Virus record (IMG/VR): IMGVR_UViG_3300045284_000214
Span: 1,062 to 65,061 of that record
Length of the DNA stretch: 64,000 nt
DNA from: a virus
Lineage: Duplodnaviria > Caudoviricetes
Strand: one strand, 5' to 3'
Shown here: positions 39,824 through 49,017 of the stretch, piece after piece
Layout of the letters: each line of letters starts with the position of its first letter
Position numbering within the stretch: position 1 is the first letter of the stretch
Position numbers and translations under genes: made by a program
The notes under the pieces: model-generated
The model's database searches: none
The model's input: the letters and a program-made list of their open reading frames with translations, nothing else
What the model was told of the DNA's origin: nothing

Positions 39824-40031
39824 GGCCTTCCTGCTGATCCTGCTGGCGCTCCCTGCCTCAGGGGCTGCAGCTGATCTGCTGCCGCCACGGCTGCCAGTAC
39901 CCTACACCTGCGAGGATGTGCGGTTCTATGTGGGGCAGCATGGCAAGATTGTAGCATGGACATGGGCCAAGCTGCATGGCTATAGCCGTGCAGACATTAT
40001 CGAGGCTAGGAAGTGCCTGCGGTCCCCATAG
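39798..40031 (+). CDS. small secreted protein
   Basis: GAGG RBS, ATG 39798, signal-like N-terminus, two Cys. Confidence 0.55.
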   Translation: MPWSILVRRAFLLILLALPASGAAADLLPPRLPVPYTCEDVRFYVGQHGKIVAWTWAKLHGYSRADIIEARKCLRSP

Positions 40032-40049
40032 CGCGCGCCGTTGTCAATC

Positions 40050-40232
40050 CTAGATATCCCAATACGGACGCTTCCTGGAAAAGAGAACGTCCACAGGCCT
40101 GACGACAAGGCCCTTCTCCGTCATCAGAACCGTGATCTCATAGGACTGCTGTTTGGCCATCTTCTCGTTGATGGCCCAGCCCAGAAAGCCTGCAGCGCTC
40201 AGGACGAATATCGAGGTGAGGGCTATTTTCAT
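40050..40232 (-). CDS. small membrane protein
   Basis: N-terminal TM; last gene of the leftward arm. Confidence 0.5.
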   Translation of the reverse strand: MKIALTSIFVLSAAGFLGWAINEKMAKQQSYEITVLMTEKGLVVRPVDVLFSRKRPYWDI

Positions 40233-40323
40233 AGCTATGTTCCTACAAGGTATAGATAGAACGTAACCGTAATAGCTGCTGCCATGCTAAGAGAAGCAAG
40301 CAGAAAGACAAGATCGGTATTGC

Positions 40324-40638
40324 TCATAGCCTCGCTGCCGTTCTTTCATTGGCCTGTTCGGATTGCCATTCCGCAAATCTTGCACGGAGATACTCATGGC
40401 GAAACTTGGCATTGTCGGCCTCGCGGCGAGCTTCTACAATCGAGGTGACATGGATTACCCACTCATTGGAAGCCTTGACCTTCATCTCAGCCTTGTTGAC
40501 GGCCATTTCGCCAAGGGCCGCCATCATCCTGGATAGAACGGACGACTTCAAGTCCTCAAGAAGGCTGGCCGCAGCGTTCTTGTCGCTGTAGTCCAGCCCA
40601 GCTTCATAAGCCTGTTCAGATAGAGGGCGGTTGTCCAT
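40324..40638 (-). CDS. helical hypothetical protein (recombination-module neighbour)
   Basis: AGGA RBS; coiled-coil character; next to the SSB-like gene. Confidence 0.65.
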   Translation of the reverse strand: MDNRPLSEQAYEAGLDYSDKNAAASLLEDLKSSVLSRMMAALGEMAVNKAEMKVKASNEWVIHVTSIVEARREADNAKFRHEYLRARFAEWQSEQANERTAARL

Positions 40639-40647
40639 GACGGTATC

Positions 40648-41112
40648 CTAGAAAGGTATCGAATCCCCGTCCATATCCGCATTCTTCACCGGCTTCCCGT
40701 CCTTGCCGAAGGTATCGTCCCACACCAGCCGGAAGATGTTGACCAGATTGGTGACATGCTCGGTATTAAGATCGACATGGCCACCGCTGATAGCCGCATT
40801 GAGGGCTCCGCAGACAAAAATGCGCTCGGCGGTCACGTCATCGGTTTTGCCGTACTTGCCGTAGCTGGCGCCAGCGCCGTTGGCAGCTGCAGCGGGAGCA
40901 TCCTCGACCTTCTTGACTGACGTGACGGTCTTGTAGGTCTGGCCGTTGAACTCGCGAGACGAAAACTCGATATCATAGGTCTTCTTCTGCTCGAACAGCG
41001 CCAGCATGTCAGGCTTGACGCCATAGAGCTGGTCGTCCTTGGTCTTGATGGTGCCGTTGGTCTTGCCGGGCTTGGGCTGGTTGATGAAGCTAACCTGGAT
41101 GCGGGTGGTCAT
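40648..41112 (-). CDS. putative single-stranded DNA-binding protein
   Basis: OB-like beta N-terminus, flexible linker, acidic C-terminal DMDGDSIPF. Confidence 0.55.
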   Translation of the reverse strand: MTTRIQVSFINQPKPGKTNGTIKTKDDQLYGVKPDMLALFEQKKTYDIEFSSREFNGQTYKTVTSVKKVEDAPAAAANGAGASYGKYGKTDDVTAERIFVCGALNAAISGGHVDLNTEHVTNLVNIFRLVWDDTFGKDGKPVKNADMDGDSIPF

Positions 41113-41345
41113 GAGTGATTTCCCTCTGGGGGGTTGATGATGGGTGGACTTGCATAGGGAGATTCCATGGTTTTTAGATAATCTCTAGCTACCCGATGCC
41201 AATTCCTTGGCGTCATAACAATGACGTGGCCGCCGCAGTTAATGCCAATCCCGCCATTCTCAGTGACATGGATGGAATCCGAATAAAAGTCCCCCTTCCG
41301 CTCTCGCCAGATTTCGCGGTCAGTGTTCTGTGCAGCTGGCCCCAT
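41109..41345 (-). CDS. hypothetical protein
   Basis: Coupled stop/start with both neighbours. Confidence 0.6.
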   Translation of the reverse strand: MGPAAQNTDREIWRERKGDFYSDSIHVTENGGIGINCGGHVIVMTPRNWHRVARDYLKTMESPYASPPIINPPEGNHS

Positions 41346-42106
41346 CAGAGCTTCCTTTCAAAGGTGGCTTCGATGCCATCAGGCAGATCGCTAGTGGCAG
41401 CGCGGTAAGCCCGAGCAGCTGTGAGAATAGCATCCTTCACACCATCAGTCAATCCCATATTTACAATAGCTGCACAGGCATCCTTCACAATGAGCACCTC
41501 GACGGTACGCACCGATACCGATCTGCCAAAGCCTCCAGCGAGCTTCACGTTATCTGCTTCTCGGTCTGCCCTGTAAGCCTCACGGCTGGCTTTACTGAAG
41601 GCACCAAAGGCTTCATCTGCGGTTCTGGTCACCGCAGCCACATCCACCCCGATCTCGCCAACAGCCGCATTGGCCATGGCTTCCTTCTCCAGCCTCTCGG
41701 CCAGTAAGGCGGCCTCCCGGGCGGCATCTGCGGCAGCCTGCTTCTCCTCGGCAATGCGGCGGCGCTTGGATTCCTCCGCCAGCAGATAGGACTGCAGGCG
41801 CTGCTTCAGGATCAGCACCACGCGATCCAGGGTTCCCGGCTTCTTGGCATCGGTATTGTGAGCTGCTTTGTAGAGGCCATTGATCTCGGTGACCTGATCG
41901 TTCAGCGGCTTGACTTTGGCCACCCGCTCCCGTTCGACATCCTCCAGTGCTGCCTTGGCCCTGTCCAGCAGCAGCTTGGCATGGCGAGATTGATCTTCGG
42001 TCTGGATGACGGGGGCCTCATTGGCCATCCAGCCGGATAGCTCGCCTATAACCTCCTTGGCATAGTCGATGGGAGATGGTGGCTCGTTATGTCCAATATG
42101 TTTCAT
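41345..42106 (-). CDS. long coiled-coil phage protein (Gam/Gp157-like architecture)
   Basis: 'IGHNEPP' start, 'E.ERV..VKPL' coiled coil, C-terminal 'LPDG'. Confidence 0.6.
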   Translation of the reverse strand: MKHIGHNEPPSPIDYAKEVIGELSGWMANEAPVIQTEDQSRHAKLLLDRAKAALEDVERERVAKVKPLNDQVTEINGLYKAAHNTDAKKPGTLDRVVLILKQRLQSYLLAEESKRRRIAEEKQAAADAAREAALLAERLEKEAMANAAVGEIGVDVAAVTRTADEAFGAFSKASREAYRADREADNVKLAGGFGRSVSVRTVEVLIVKDACAAIVNMGLTDGVKDAILTAARAYRAATSDLPDGIEATFERKL

Positions 42107-42414
42107 GCCTTCTCCACCGGCTTTTCCTGAAACTGTTTATAGGCCGCCAGCAATGCCACCTTGGCCCTGTCGATATTGACAATGGCGTCGAGCAGATCGT
42201 CCTCAGCCGCCGTCTTGAAGTCTGGCCGCTGCTGGATCACCTCAATATCATGCTTGGCCCATGTGGCGCGGGTATAGATCGTGAAACAATAGTCTTGGAC
42301 GTTCTTCAGCATCCGGGTGGTTTCTTCTGATGGCATGGTTACCTCTCTCGGCTCTAAGGGCAGGGCATCTGCATCCTGCATGGATTGATCAAATTCCTGC
42401 CAATTGTTTCTCAT
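42103..42414 (-). CDS. hypothetical protein
   Basis: Coupled overlaps with neighbours. Confidence 0.55.
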   Translation of the reverse strand: MRNNWQEFDQSMQDADALPLEPREVTMPSEETTRMLKNVQDYCFTIYTRATWAKHDIEVIQQRPDFKTAAEDDLLDAIVNIDRAKVALLAAYKQFQEKPVEKA

Positions 42415-42779
42415 CTTTTAACTACCGTTCCGTCCATCTTCTTCTTCCAGCCCGAATCCTTGGACCCAGGAAACCTTGATGGCTTGCGAATCCCTAAATG
42501 CTTCTTGCGCTTGCGGGCTACCTTGGCTCTCTCGGCTACATCTTCGGCGGTTTTAGCCTTGTGCTGATCGGTCAGGATCGGTGCAAGATTCGACTCACGA
42601 TGAAGCCCGCCATTAACGAGAGCAACAACGTGGTCGCATTGCCAGCCATCTCCAGCCCTGATTTTGCGCCCGCTGCGATGACATATACCGTTATGGCGAT
42701 CAAACACACGGAGCCTAACGCGATCAGGAATTTTAGCATCATCTGTCTTTCCCCGCCACTCCACCACGGTACGAGCCAT
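42411..42779 (-). CDS. HNH endonuclease
   Basis: DHVVALVNGG.H.ESNL......H..KT; basic tail with WKKKMDG. Confidence 0.85.
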   Translation of the reverse strand: MARTVVEWRGKTDDAKIPDRVRLRVFDRHNGICHRSGRKIRAGDGWQCDHVVALVNGGLHRESNLAPILTDQHKAKTAEDVAERAKVARKRKKHLGIRKPSRFPGSKDSGWKKKMDGTVVKR

Positions 42780-44950
42780 TATTCGCCCTTATCGCCGCCC
42801 TGCGTGGGGTGGGCGGATAGCTCAGCTTCAAGTTCGTGAATGCGGAGTTCGTTTTCTCCGCGCTTTGCCGCCTCATCCAGAGCGGTTTGATACCAAGTCT
42901 TTCCGTCAGGAGCGAAAATCGGGTCGCGGTTGCGCCCAGTTTGGGCAGCACCGCGTAGCTCATCAATTACAAGCCTGGCAATGTGCTCCGTATCCGCCGG
43001 GGACAGATAAAGACCGTCCGTATTATAGATTGCGTACACCAGTCGCTGCACCAGTTCCTCGGTCACACTGTCAGATCGCGTGTCCGTCATCGAAACATCT
43101 CCCAAATCTGGCTTTGCTCATTTCCAATCCATTCGATGGTTTGCACCGTTTGGGCTGTCACCATCGAACCAAATCAAAATCTTGATGTACCAAGGGGCCG
43201 CGCGCCAGCGGTTACGCCGCCCGGTATCGCGCGTCTCGGCAATCTCGGTTTTCCGGTCCAACCAACCGGGATCAATCCAGGGCATTTGGCACTCCGTTAA
43301 GCGCGTGATAAATGCGCTCAACCAGATCGCGGGGCACAAGTTGGCATTTACCGCATTTGCAGTCTCCGGCGTACTTCATCGCCGTATATTCGCGAAGCTC
43401 TTCGGCAAGGGCTTGCGTGGTGCCACTGGATGATTGCTGGTCCGTCATCGGTCAGTCCTCAACTTCAACATCGGTTTCGGTGAAGGCATCACATGGCTTA
43501 CAATACCAGCCGCCACGCGGCGGAAATTCGGCCGGGTTATCGTCAACCCATTTGCAAGGTTGTCCACAAACTGCGCAGTTGATGGTGTCGCTCATGGCTT
43601 CCGCACCTCTGCGCCGTCGTGAGAGTTCACCGAGGATGCCAGCTTTGCGGCGGCACTCTCTAATGCCGCTGCTTCGCGCGCTTCCTTTTTGGTGTCTCGA
43701 TCCGAACCATCACCCTCCCATGGCCATTCCCCGGCCATGACAAATTGCGCGGCGCGGTGGAGCATTTGCTTTTCGAATTTGGTTAGTCGCGTCATGGTTG
43801 CGCCTTTGCCACTTCGATAAGAAGAAGGATGACTGCTAGAACGGAGAAAAACCCCAATGTGAAATCGCCCTCGGTCATTTGGGGTTACTCGCTGTTCTCG
43901 CCAGACCGCTAGACTCGGAAACACCACGGGCGGCCGGCGTGGCCCATGGCGGGTGTTCCCGAGAGTTTGCTTTGCTCCAGCACGGGGTCAATATGCTCAA
44001 TCCATCGGAACGGCGACTTCGCCGTGAACTGCGCAATACCAAACCGGAATAGGATGCGGTTGCGCGCATGTGCATTTGGCTCCAAAATCCTCACTGCGCC
44101 CCATGTGGCCGCAATGGTTGCAATCGATGCCGTTGTTGGAATAACGGCTAACGCTTTCCGATCCGCATTCAGGGCACTTCATGGCTTCCCCGCATCTCTC
44201 GCCAGATCGCCAGCGCGCGGCAGTTTGACCTGAACTACCAAGGTGCATTTCTCGCACCATGTAAATGCTCGGTTGAACTGATCGATGCCGCGCACGGTCC
44301 CGCCGCATTCACATTTGCAAATCTTGTTGCCCTGCGGTTTGCTCATCGCCCCACCTCACCGGGCCGGGCAACACGGTTGGCACAGCCCTTTCGACATTTA
44401 TCTTCGTGCGGGCAAAATGCATTTACACAGTGCATCTCTTTGCCGTCTTTGTCTCTGTAGCCAAGGAAAGTTCCGCTGTGCATTGTTGATGACTGCCCCA
44501 CCTCACTGGCGGGCTGGAGGGCGGCGTCAAGTCCGCATGTGCATGATTGGCCCGGCTCTTCGAATATGCCGCAATCTTCGTGATGTCCTCCATATATCTT
44601 CAACGCCTTCTCCATCGCCTCGCAGCGGGCGGTGAGGGAGGCGATCTCGGCCATTAGGTCCGCTACTTCAAGATGATGTGTCATCAGATATTCTCAAAGC
44701 TGGCGCTGAATGCGGTCAATGGGCGATTTTTCTTGCCGTCATCCCGCAGCGGTCTCGTTACCGATTGGGTTTGCCAGAGCTTAATTGCTTCCATAGCATC
44801 GGTGAAGACCATGGCTTCCTTGATATGCCTGGTGAACAGGGCTTCGCCACGGCCATCATGGGCTTCGGGATCGAAGGACTTGAGGTACTCGCCCTTGATC
44901 GGCTCCTTGAGATCGTGAGCAGGCCCCCAGCATTTGATGACTGCGCCCAT
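42779..44950 (-). CDS. cluster of small leftward hypothetical ORFs (e.g. 42779-43105, 43592-43795, 44343-44684, 44684-44950, several Cys-rich <60 aa)
   Basis: Tightly packed minus-strand ORFs with CxxC motifs; individual boundaries uncertain. Confidence 0.45.
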
Positions 44951-44951
44951 G

Positions 44952-45515
44952 TTAGCACGCGCATGAGAAGTAAGTATCGCGGTCACCACGCTCGCCCGTA
45001 ATCGCCTCCCAGTGTGACCACCATTCGCTGTCAATATGATCGCGCGCATCTTCGTAGGGGCCGACGCTGTTGCGGCGTCCGGCGTCGATTGCAAAAGCGT
45101 AGGCGGCCTCCGGGCTCCGTTTCCCCTCGTCGCCGTCGCCGTAGTAATCGTCGCTCATGTGTTCTACGGCCCATTCCCGCATCCAGTGCTCCGACGCGAT
45201 CTTGGAGATATCGGAAGACTCCGCGGCAACCGGAAATGCCGGATGCGTCCAATTGTGCTTGAGCGACGTGATCGTGTTTGGCATCAGGAATAGAAAGAAT
45301 GTCTGACCCGGCTGAACGGCACGTATCAGAAACGGGTCAACGATTCCTAGGGCCAGAACTCCGCCGGGTTCGGCCTTCCCCGCATCATTCAAGCCGATGC
45401 GCTGACCCGGAGACAGCTTCTGCGCGGCTGTAACTGCCACCACAGCAATATGTACGGCATCCCTCTCGGGGCTACCCTCGACAAGCTTGCCAAGCAAGAA
45501 TTGAGTATCGGACAT
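44952..45515 (-). CDS. conserved phage hypothetical protein
   Basis: RDAVHIAV...GIVDPFL...LFL.P.TITSL.H.WTHPAF; AAAGGG RBS. Confidence 0.7.
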   Translation of the reverse strand: MSDTQFLLGKLVEGSPERDAVHIAVVAVTAAQKLSPGQRIGLNDAGKAEPGGVLALGIVDPFLIRAVQPGQTFFLFLMPNTITSLKHNWTHPAFPVAAESSDISKIASEHWMREWAVEHMSDDYYGDGDEGKRSPEAAYAFAIDAGRRNSVGPYEDARDHIDSEWWSHWEAITGERGDRDTYFSCAC

Positions 45516-45589
45516 CGCGCGCTTCCCTTTTCTGGTTCGATGGAATTAAGCGTGGCGTTAGGAGCTACCTTCCAGATTTCTGGATCATG

Positions 45590-45820
45590 CTACCACCAAA
45601 TTCCCCTCAGCAAATGCTTCGGAGTCGTGCCAAGTGCGGTAGCGTAGCGCTCAACTCCGTCTAGCAAGAGGCGCTGCCGCCCAATCTCGGTATTGGTAAC
45701 GGATGCGCGTTTAAGCCCGACACGTTTGGCCAAGTCGTCTTGAGACATGCCAAGTGTCTCGCGGATCATACGAATGCGAACGCCGACCGAAATATGACAG
45801 GCTTCAATTGGGCTGTTCAT
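45590..45820 (-). CDS. XRE-family HTH regulator
   Basis: ATG 45820; IRMIRETLGMSQDDLAKRVGLKRASVTNTEIG. Confidence 0.88.
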   Translation of the reverse strand: MNSPIEACHISVGVRIRMIRETLGMSQDDLAKRVGLKRASVTNTEIGRQRLLLDGVERYATALGTTPKHLLRGIWW

Positions 45821-45899
45821 TTGGCGACCTTTGCATTTCTGTTGATCTGGTGTTACCATACACCCGACGCAGACCCAACGCAAGGATTATTGTTGACCC

Positions 45900-46235
45900 A
45901 TGGCAAACAATGTGTCAAGACACCATGCAGAGCTACCCACATCCCACCCCTTGCGGCAATGGAGAAAGACCCAACCAGACAAGGTAACGCTGGAGCAGAT
46001 CGCACAGTCACTGGACTGCACCAGGGCTCACGTTTCGTTGATCGAGCACTACAAGCTGATGCCGGGGCTGCTGCTGGCATTCAAGCTCAATGTCCTGACC
46101 GGGGTACCGATGGAGAAATTCGTAGGCCCCACAGATTTCCTCAGAAAGGTTTCCAATGGTGTCAAGCTGGCCGATCACCATCAAGTACGCCGGGAAGCCG
46201 CTCGGCAAAGGAAGACCGCGCTTCGGCAAGGGTAG
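45900..46235 (+). CDS. Cro/XRE-like HTH regulator, divergent
   Basis: LRQWR...TLEQIAQSLDCTRAHVSLIE...P. Confidence 0.8.
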   Translation: MANNVSRHHAELPTSHPLRQWRKTQPDKVTLEQIAQSLDCTRAHVSLIEHYKLMPGLLLAFKLNVLTGVPMEKFVGPTDFLRKVSNGVKLADHHQVRREAARQRKTALRQG

Positions 46236-46545
46236 GGTCTACACTCCCAAGAAAACCTCTGATTACGAGACTGGCTTGGCTTGGGCTGCCAAGACCGCGA
46301 TGAAGGGACGGCTGCCGCTCAAGGGGCCTGTTGGGGTCGATATAAAGCTAAGATTTAGCTCTAAGAAAGGCTTCTATCATATTGGAAAACCTGACGCTGA
46401 CAACTGCATTAAGTGCTTGGACGCCCTCAATGGTATCGTTTTCGAGGATGATAGCCAGATTGCCTTCGGCACCTTCGTCAAGCTCTGTGGAGATGAGGAA
46501 TATATCTCGGTCGATATCTGGCCGCTTCAGGAGCCAGCATTATGA
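46156..46545 (+). CDS. rusA: RusA-family Holliday junction resolvase
   Basis: P.GKGRPRF..YTP, KPDADN..K..DALNGI.F.DDSQI. Confidence 0.9.
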   Translation: MVSSWPITIKYAGKPLGKGRPRFGKGRVYTPKKTSDYETGLAWAAKTAMKGRLPLKGPVGVDIKLRFSSKKGFYHIGKPDADNCIKCLDALNGIVFEDDSQIAFGTFVKLCGDEEYISVDIWPLQEPAL

Positions 46546-47060
46546 GCCAGCGCCCCAGCGGCTATGAACGCAAACCGCACGACCTCTACGTCACCCCAGC
46601 GTGGGTCACCCAGGTTCTTATCCCGCACATCCCCTATCGCATCAGGACGATCTGGGAGCCTGCAGCAGGCGAAGGCAAGATGGTAAAAGTGCTGGAGGAT
46701 GCAGGATATACGGTCAGAAGCTCAGACCTCACTTCAGGGGAAGACTTCCTCGATAACAAGACACATACGCTCTCCTATAACGAGGCCATCGTCACCAATC
46801 CACCCTACAGCCTCGCCAAAGAGTTCATCGAGTGCTCACTGCAGCGAGCTGGCTTCGTGGCCATGCTGCTACGGGCTGACTATGACCACGCCAAGACGCG
46901 CCAGCATCTGTTCCTCGATACAAGGTTTGCCAAGAAGATCATTCTGACCAAGCGAATCAGATGGTTCGAGGGCACCAAGGGTGGGCCTTCCTTCAACCAT
47001 TGTTGGTTTCTCTGGGACACGGAGCACAAGGGGCCACCGGTTATTTCATATGGCCCTTGA
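46542..47060 (+). CDS. phage DNA N6-adenine methyltransferase
   Basis: DLYVTP, WEPAAGEG (motif I), DFL, VTNPPYS (motif IV). Confidence 0.85.
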   Translation: MSQRPSGYERKPHDLYVTPAWVTQVLIPHIPYRIRTIWEPAAGEGKMVKVLEDAGYTVRSSDLTSGEDFLDNKTHTLSYNEAIVTNPPYSLAKEFIECSLQRAGFVAMLLRADYDHAKTRQHLFLDTRFAKKIILTKRIRWFEGTKGGPSFNHCWFLWDTEHKGPPVISYGP

Positions 47061-47084
47061 CGGTATGTCGGCTTCGTGACACAA

Positions 47085-47570
47085 AAAGAAGCCCCGGGTC
47101 CAGAACCTTTCTGGCGCACCGGGGCGTCTATCGCTATGCTTTTTGCCGGGCTAGCGACGAGGATCAACATCTAGCGGCTTGATGTGGTTCCGTCAACCTC
47201 CCCCAGCAAAAATCTCAGCGGTCATATGGTAGTCTGGCCTCGGTAACACCCGCCCCCGGACCCTGATGTGGGAACATGACCGCATGGGACACCGAGTACG
47301 CCACGGGACCTGTGTGATTCAAATGCAGCAAGGGTTGGCCTCTGCGGTCTTAGTCCCTCCAGCGGTTCGAATGGCACATTAAACGTAAGAGATGCTGGCC
47401 TTTTGAGGACCAGCGCGGGGCGGATGTCAGTGGGTTGGCACCTAACCCCCGCCGTTGTGCAGGCGTGCTTGCAGATGAGAGGTGGACACATAACCAACCT
47501 CACAATCCCGGAAAGGGCTCTGCAAATCCACTGTGACCAAGGTCACATGCTCGTTTCGGTACGGCGCACT
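47085..47570. ncRNA. candidate structured non-coding RNA / hairpin-rich element
   Basis: No credible CDS; at least eight complementary pairs visible (see findings). Confidence 0.4.
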
Positions 47571-47729
47571 ATGCCCAAAGCAAGAGGAGGGAATCGATGG
47601 AGACAGACAGGGAAGACAGGAAGTTTCTAATCAAGAAGGACGCCTAACATGGTAATAGATGCTTGACAACGGATTTTACCTATGCTCTCTGCACCATGTT
47701 CAGTTTTAACCCTTGATAGGAACATCACT

Positions 47730-48497
47730 ATGGCAAAGAAGAATGCAGAGACGATAGTCGAACAGGTTGCGAGCGACACTCCGGTCAAGCTGGGAGCTAT
47801 CCTGTCGAAGAAGGCTCAGTTCCAACGCTTCGGCATTTGGCTGGTTGGCGATACACCGCTGATTACGCATGCGTGGTCGGAGAAGGCCCGCAGAGAGATG
47901 CTCTCCAAGCAGGTCAAGGCGACCAAGGGTGGCAAGGAAGCCCGCGATCCCCATGCTGATTTCGTTTCGTCGCTCTACGAGATGGGGGACGGCACCTATG
48001 GCTTCCCGGCGACTGGCATCAAGAACTGCATCCTGAGTGCCGCCCACAAGGACAAGGGCATCCCCAGGACGGCTGTTATGTCGGCGCTGTGGATCGACGC
48101 CGATATGGTCCGGACACGCCCAGCGCTAGCTGGAGCGGTCTGTGACATGCCTTTGGTGCGGATCACGGGCAGCAAGCCGGAAATGCGGGAGGACATGGTC
48201 AAGATCGGCTCTGGCTTGAACAAAGTTGCCAATCTGGCTTACCGGGCTCAATTCACGGTTTGGGCGATGCGAATCACTGGCCGGTTTAATTCATCGATTA
48301 TCACGCCGGAAGCGCTGGCTTTCCTGATCCAGGAAGCTGGTTTGGCTTCTGGGCTAGGGGAATGGCGGAACGAGCGCAAGGGTATGTTTGGCTCCTGCCA
48401 TTTGGCCGATCCAGAGGAAGAGGCCGCATGGGATGCCTATGAGTCTGGCAAAGGCCAGCTCCCGGTTCCCGAGAATTATCGCATGGCAGCGGAGTAA
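47730..48497 (+). CDS. stand-alone RAMP/Cas7-like protein
   Basis: ATG 47730 after AGGA. RAMP-like order of motifs: beta1 'IWLVGDTPLITH', 'YGFPATGIKNCILSAA' (cf. xPGSSLKGxLR), 'YRAQF..W.MRI', C-terminal Gly loop 'AGLASGLGEWR..RKGMFG'. Confidence 0.75.
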   Translation: MAKKNAETIVEQVASDTPVKLGAILSKKAQFQRFGIWLVGDTPLITHAWSEKARREMLSKQVKATKGGKEARDPHADFVSSLYEMGDGTYGFPATGIKNCILSAAHKDKGIPRTAVMSALWIDADMVRTRPALAGAVCDMPLVRITGSKPEMREDMVKIGSGLNKVANLAYRAQFTVWAMRITGRFNSSIITPEALAFLIQEAGLASGLGEWRNERKGMFGSCHLADPEEEAAWDAYESGKGQLPVPENYRMAAE

Positions 48498-48502
48498 TAA
48501 TC

Positions 48503-49006
48503 ATGGTCAAATACATCTTCAGGGATGGCCCACTTACCATCCCGAATGCCAAGAAAGCCAGTGCTCAGAAGATCGGAACTGCGCTGGCTCAGATTGCGGA
48601 ACAACAGAAAGGGAGGCTAACGCCTCCAGCCGTTGTTGAAGCCGCCCGCAGCAATCGGCATCCCCTGCATCAATACTTTGAATGGGACAACGATGTAGCA
48701 GCTGAAGCCTATAGGCTGGATCAGGCCCGGACACTGATTCGGTCGGTCGCAGTTGTTGATGACAACGAGGACTCCAAACCCGCCTACCTGTCGATTTCCG
48801 ACAAGGCAGGAACCAGCTATCGGGCCGTCGAGGAAGTGCTTGACAGTGCTGAATTGCAAAGCGCTGTTCTGGCTGCGGCAGAGCGCGATCTAATTGCGTT
48901 CGAGAAGCGATACCGCCAGCTTCAGGACATCTGTGAAATCATTAGCAGCGCTAGGAGCAAGATTGCTGCTCGTCGCAACAAACATGAAAGCAGACTCGCA
49001 AGTTGA
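48503..49006 (+). CDS. partner protein of the RAMP-like gene
   Basis: GGAG RBS, starting 5 nt after the RAMP-like stop; 'G.LTP..VVEAAR....PLH.YFEWDN..AAE.YRL.QAR.LIRS' motif. Confidence 0.75.
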   Translation: MVKYIFRDGPLTIPNAKKASAQKIGTALAQIAEQQKGRLTPPAVVEAARSNRHPLHQYFEWDNDVAAEAYRLDQARTLIRSVAVVDDNEDSKPAYLSISDKAGTSYRAVEEVLDSAELQSAVLAAAERDLIAFEKRYRQLQDICEIISSARSKIAARRNKHESRLAS

Positions 49007-49017
49007 GCCTGTGAGAG

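Noticed and set aside
47361-47377. GGTTCGAAT as a tRNA T-loop
   Set aside because: The flanks do not form a T-stem and no cloverleaf is seen; no tRNA was recognised in the window.
47597-47647. 16-codon ORF with GAGGAGG RBS
   Set aside because: Too short to support without conservation or ribosome-profiling data.
47663-47686. TTGACA...TATGCT promoter for the RAMP-like gene
   Set aside because: The spacer is only 12 nt, so it is not called as a canonical sigma70 promoter.
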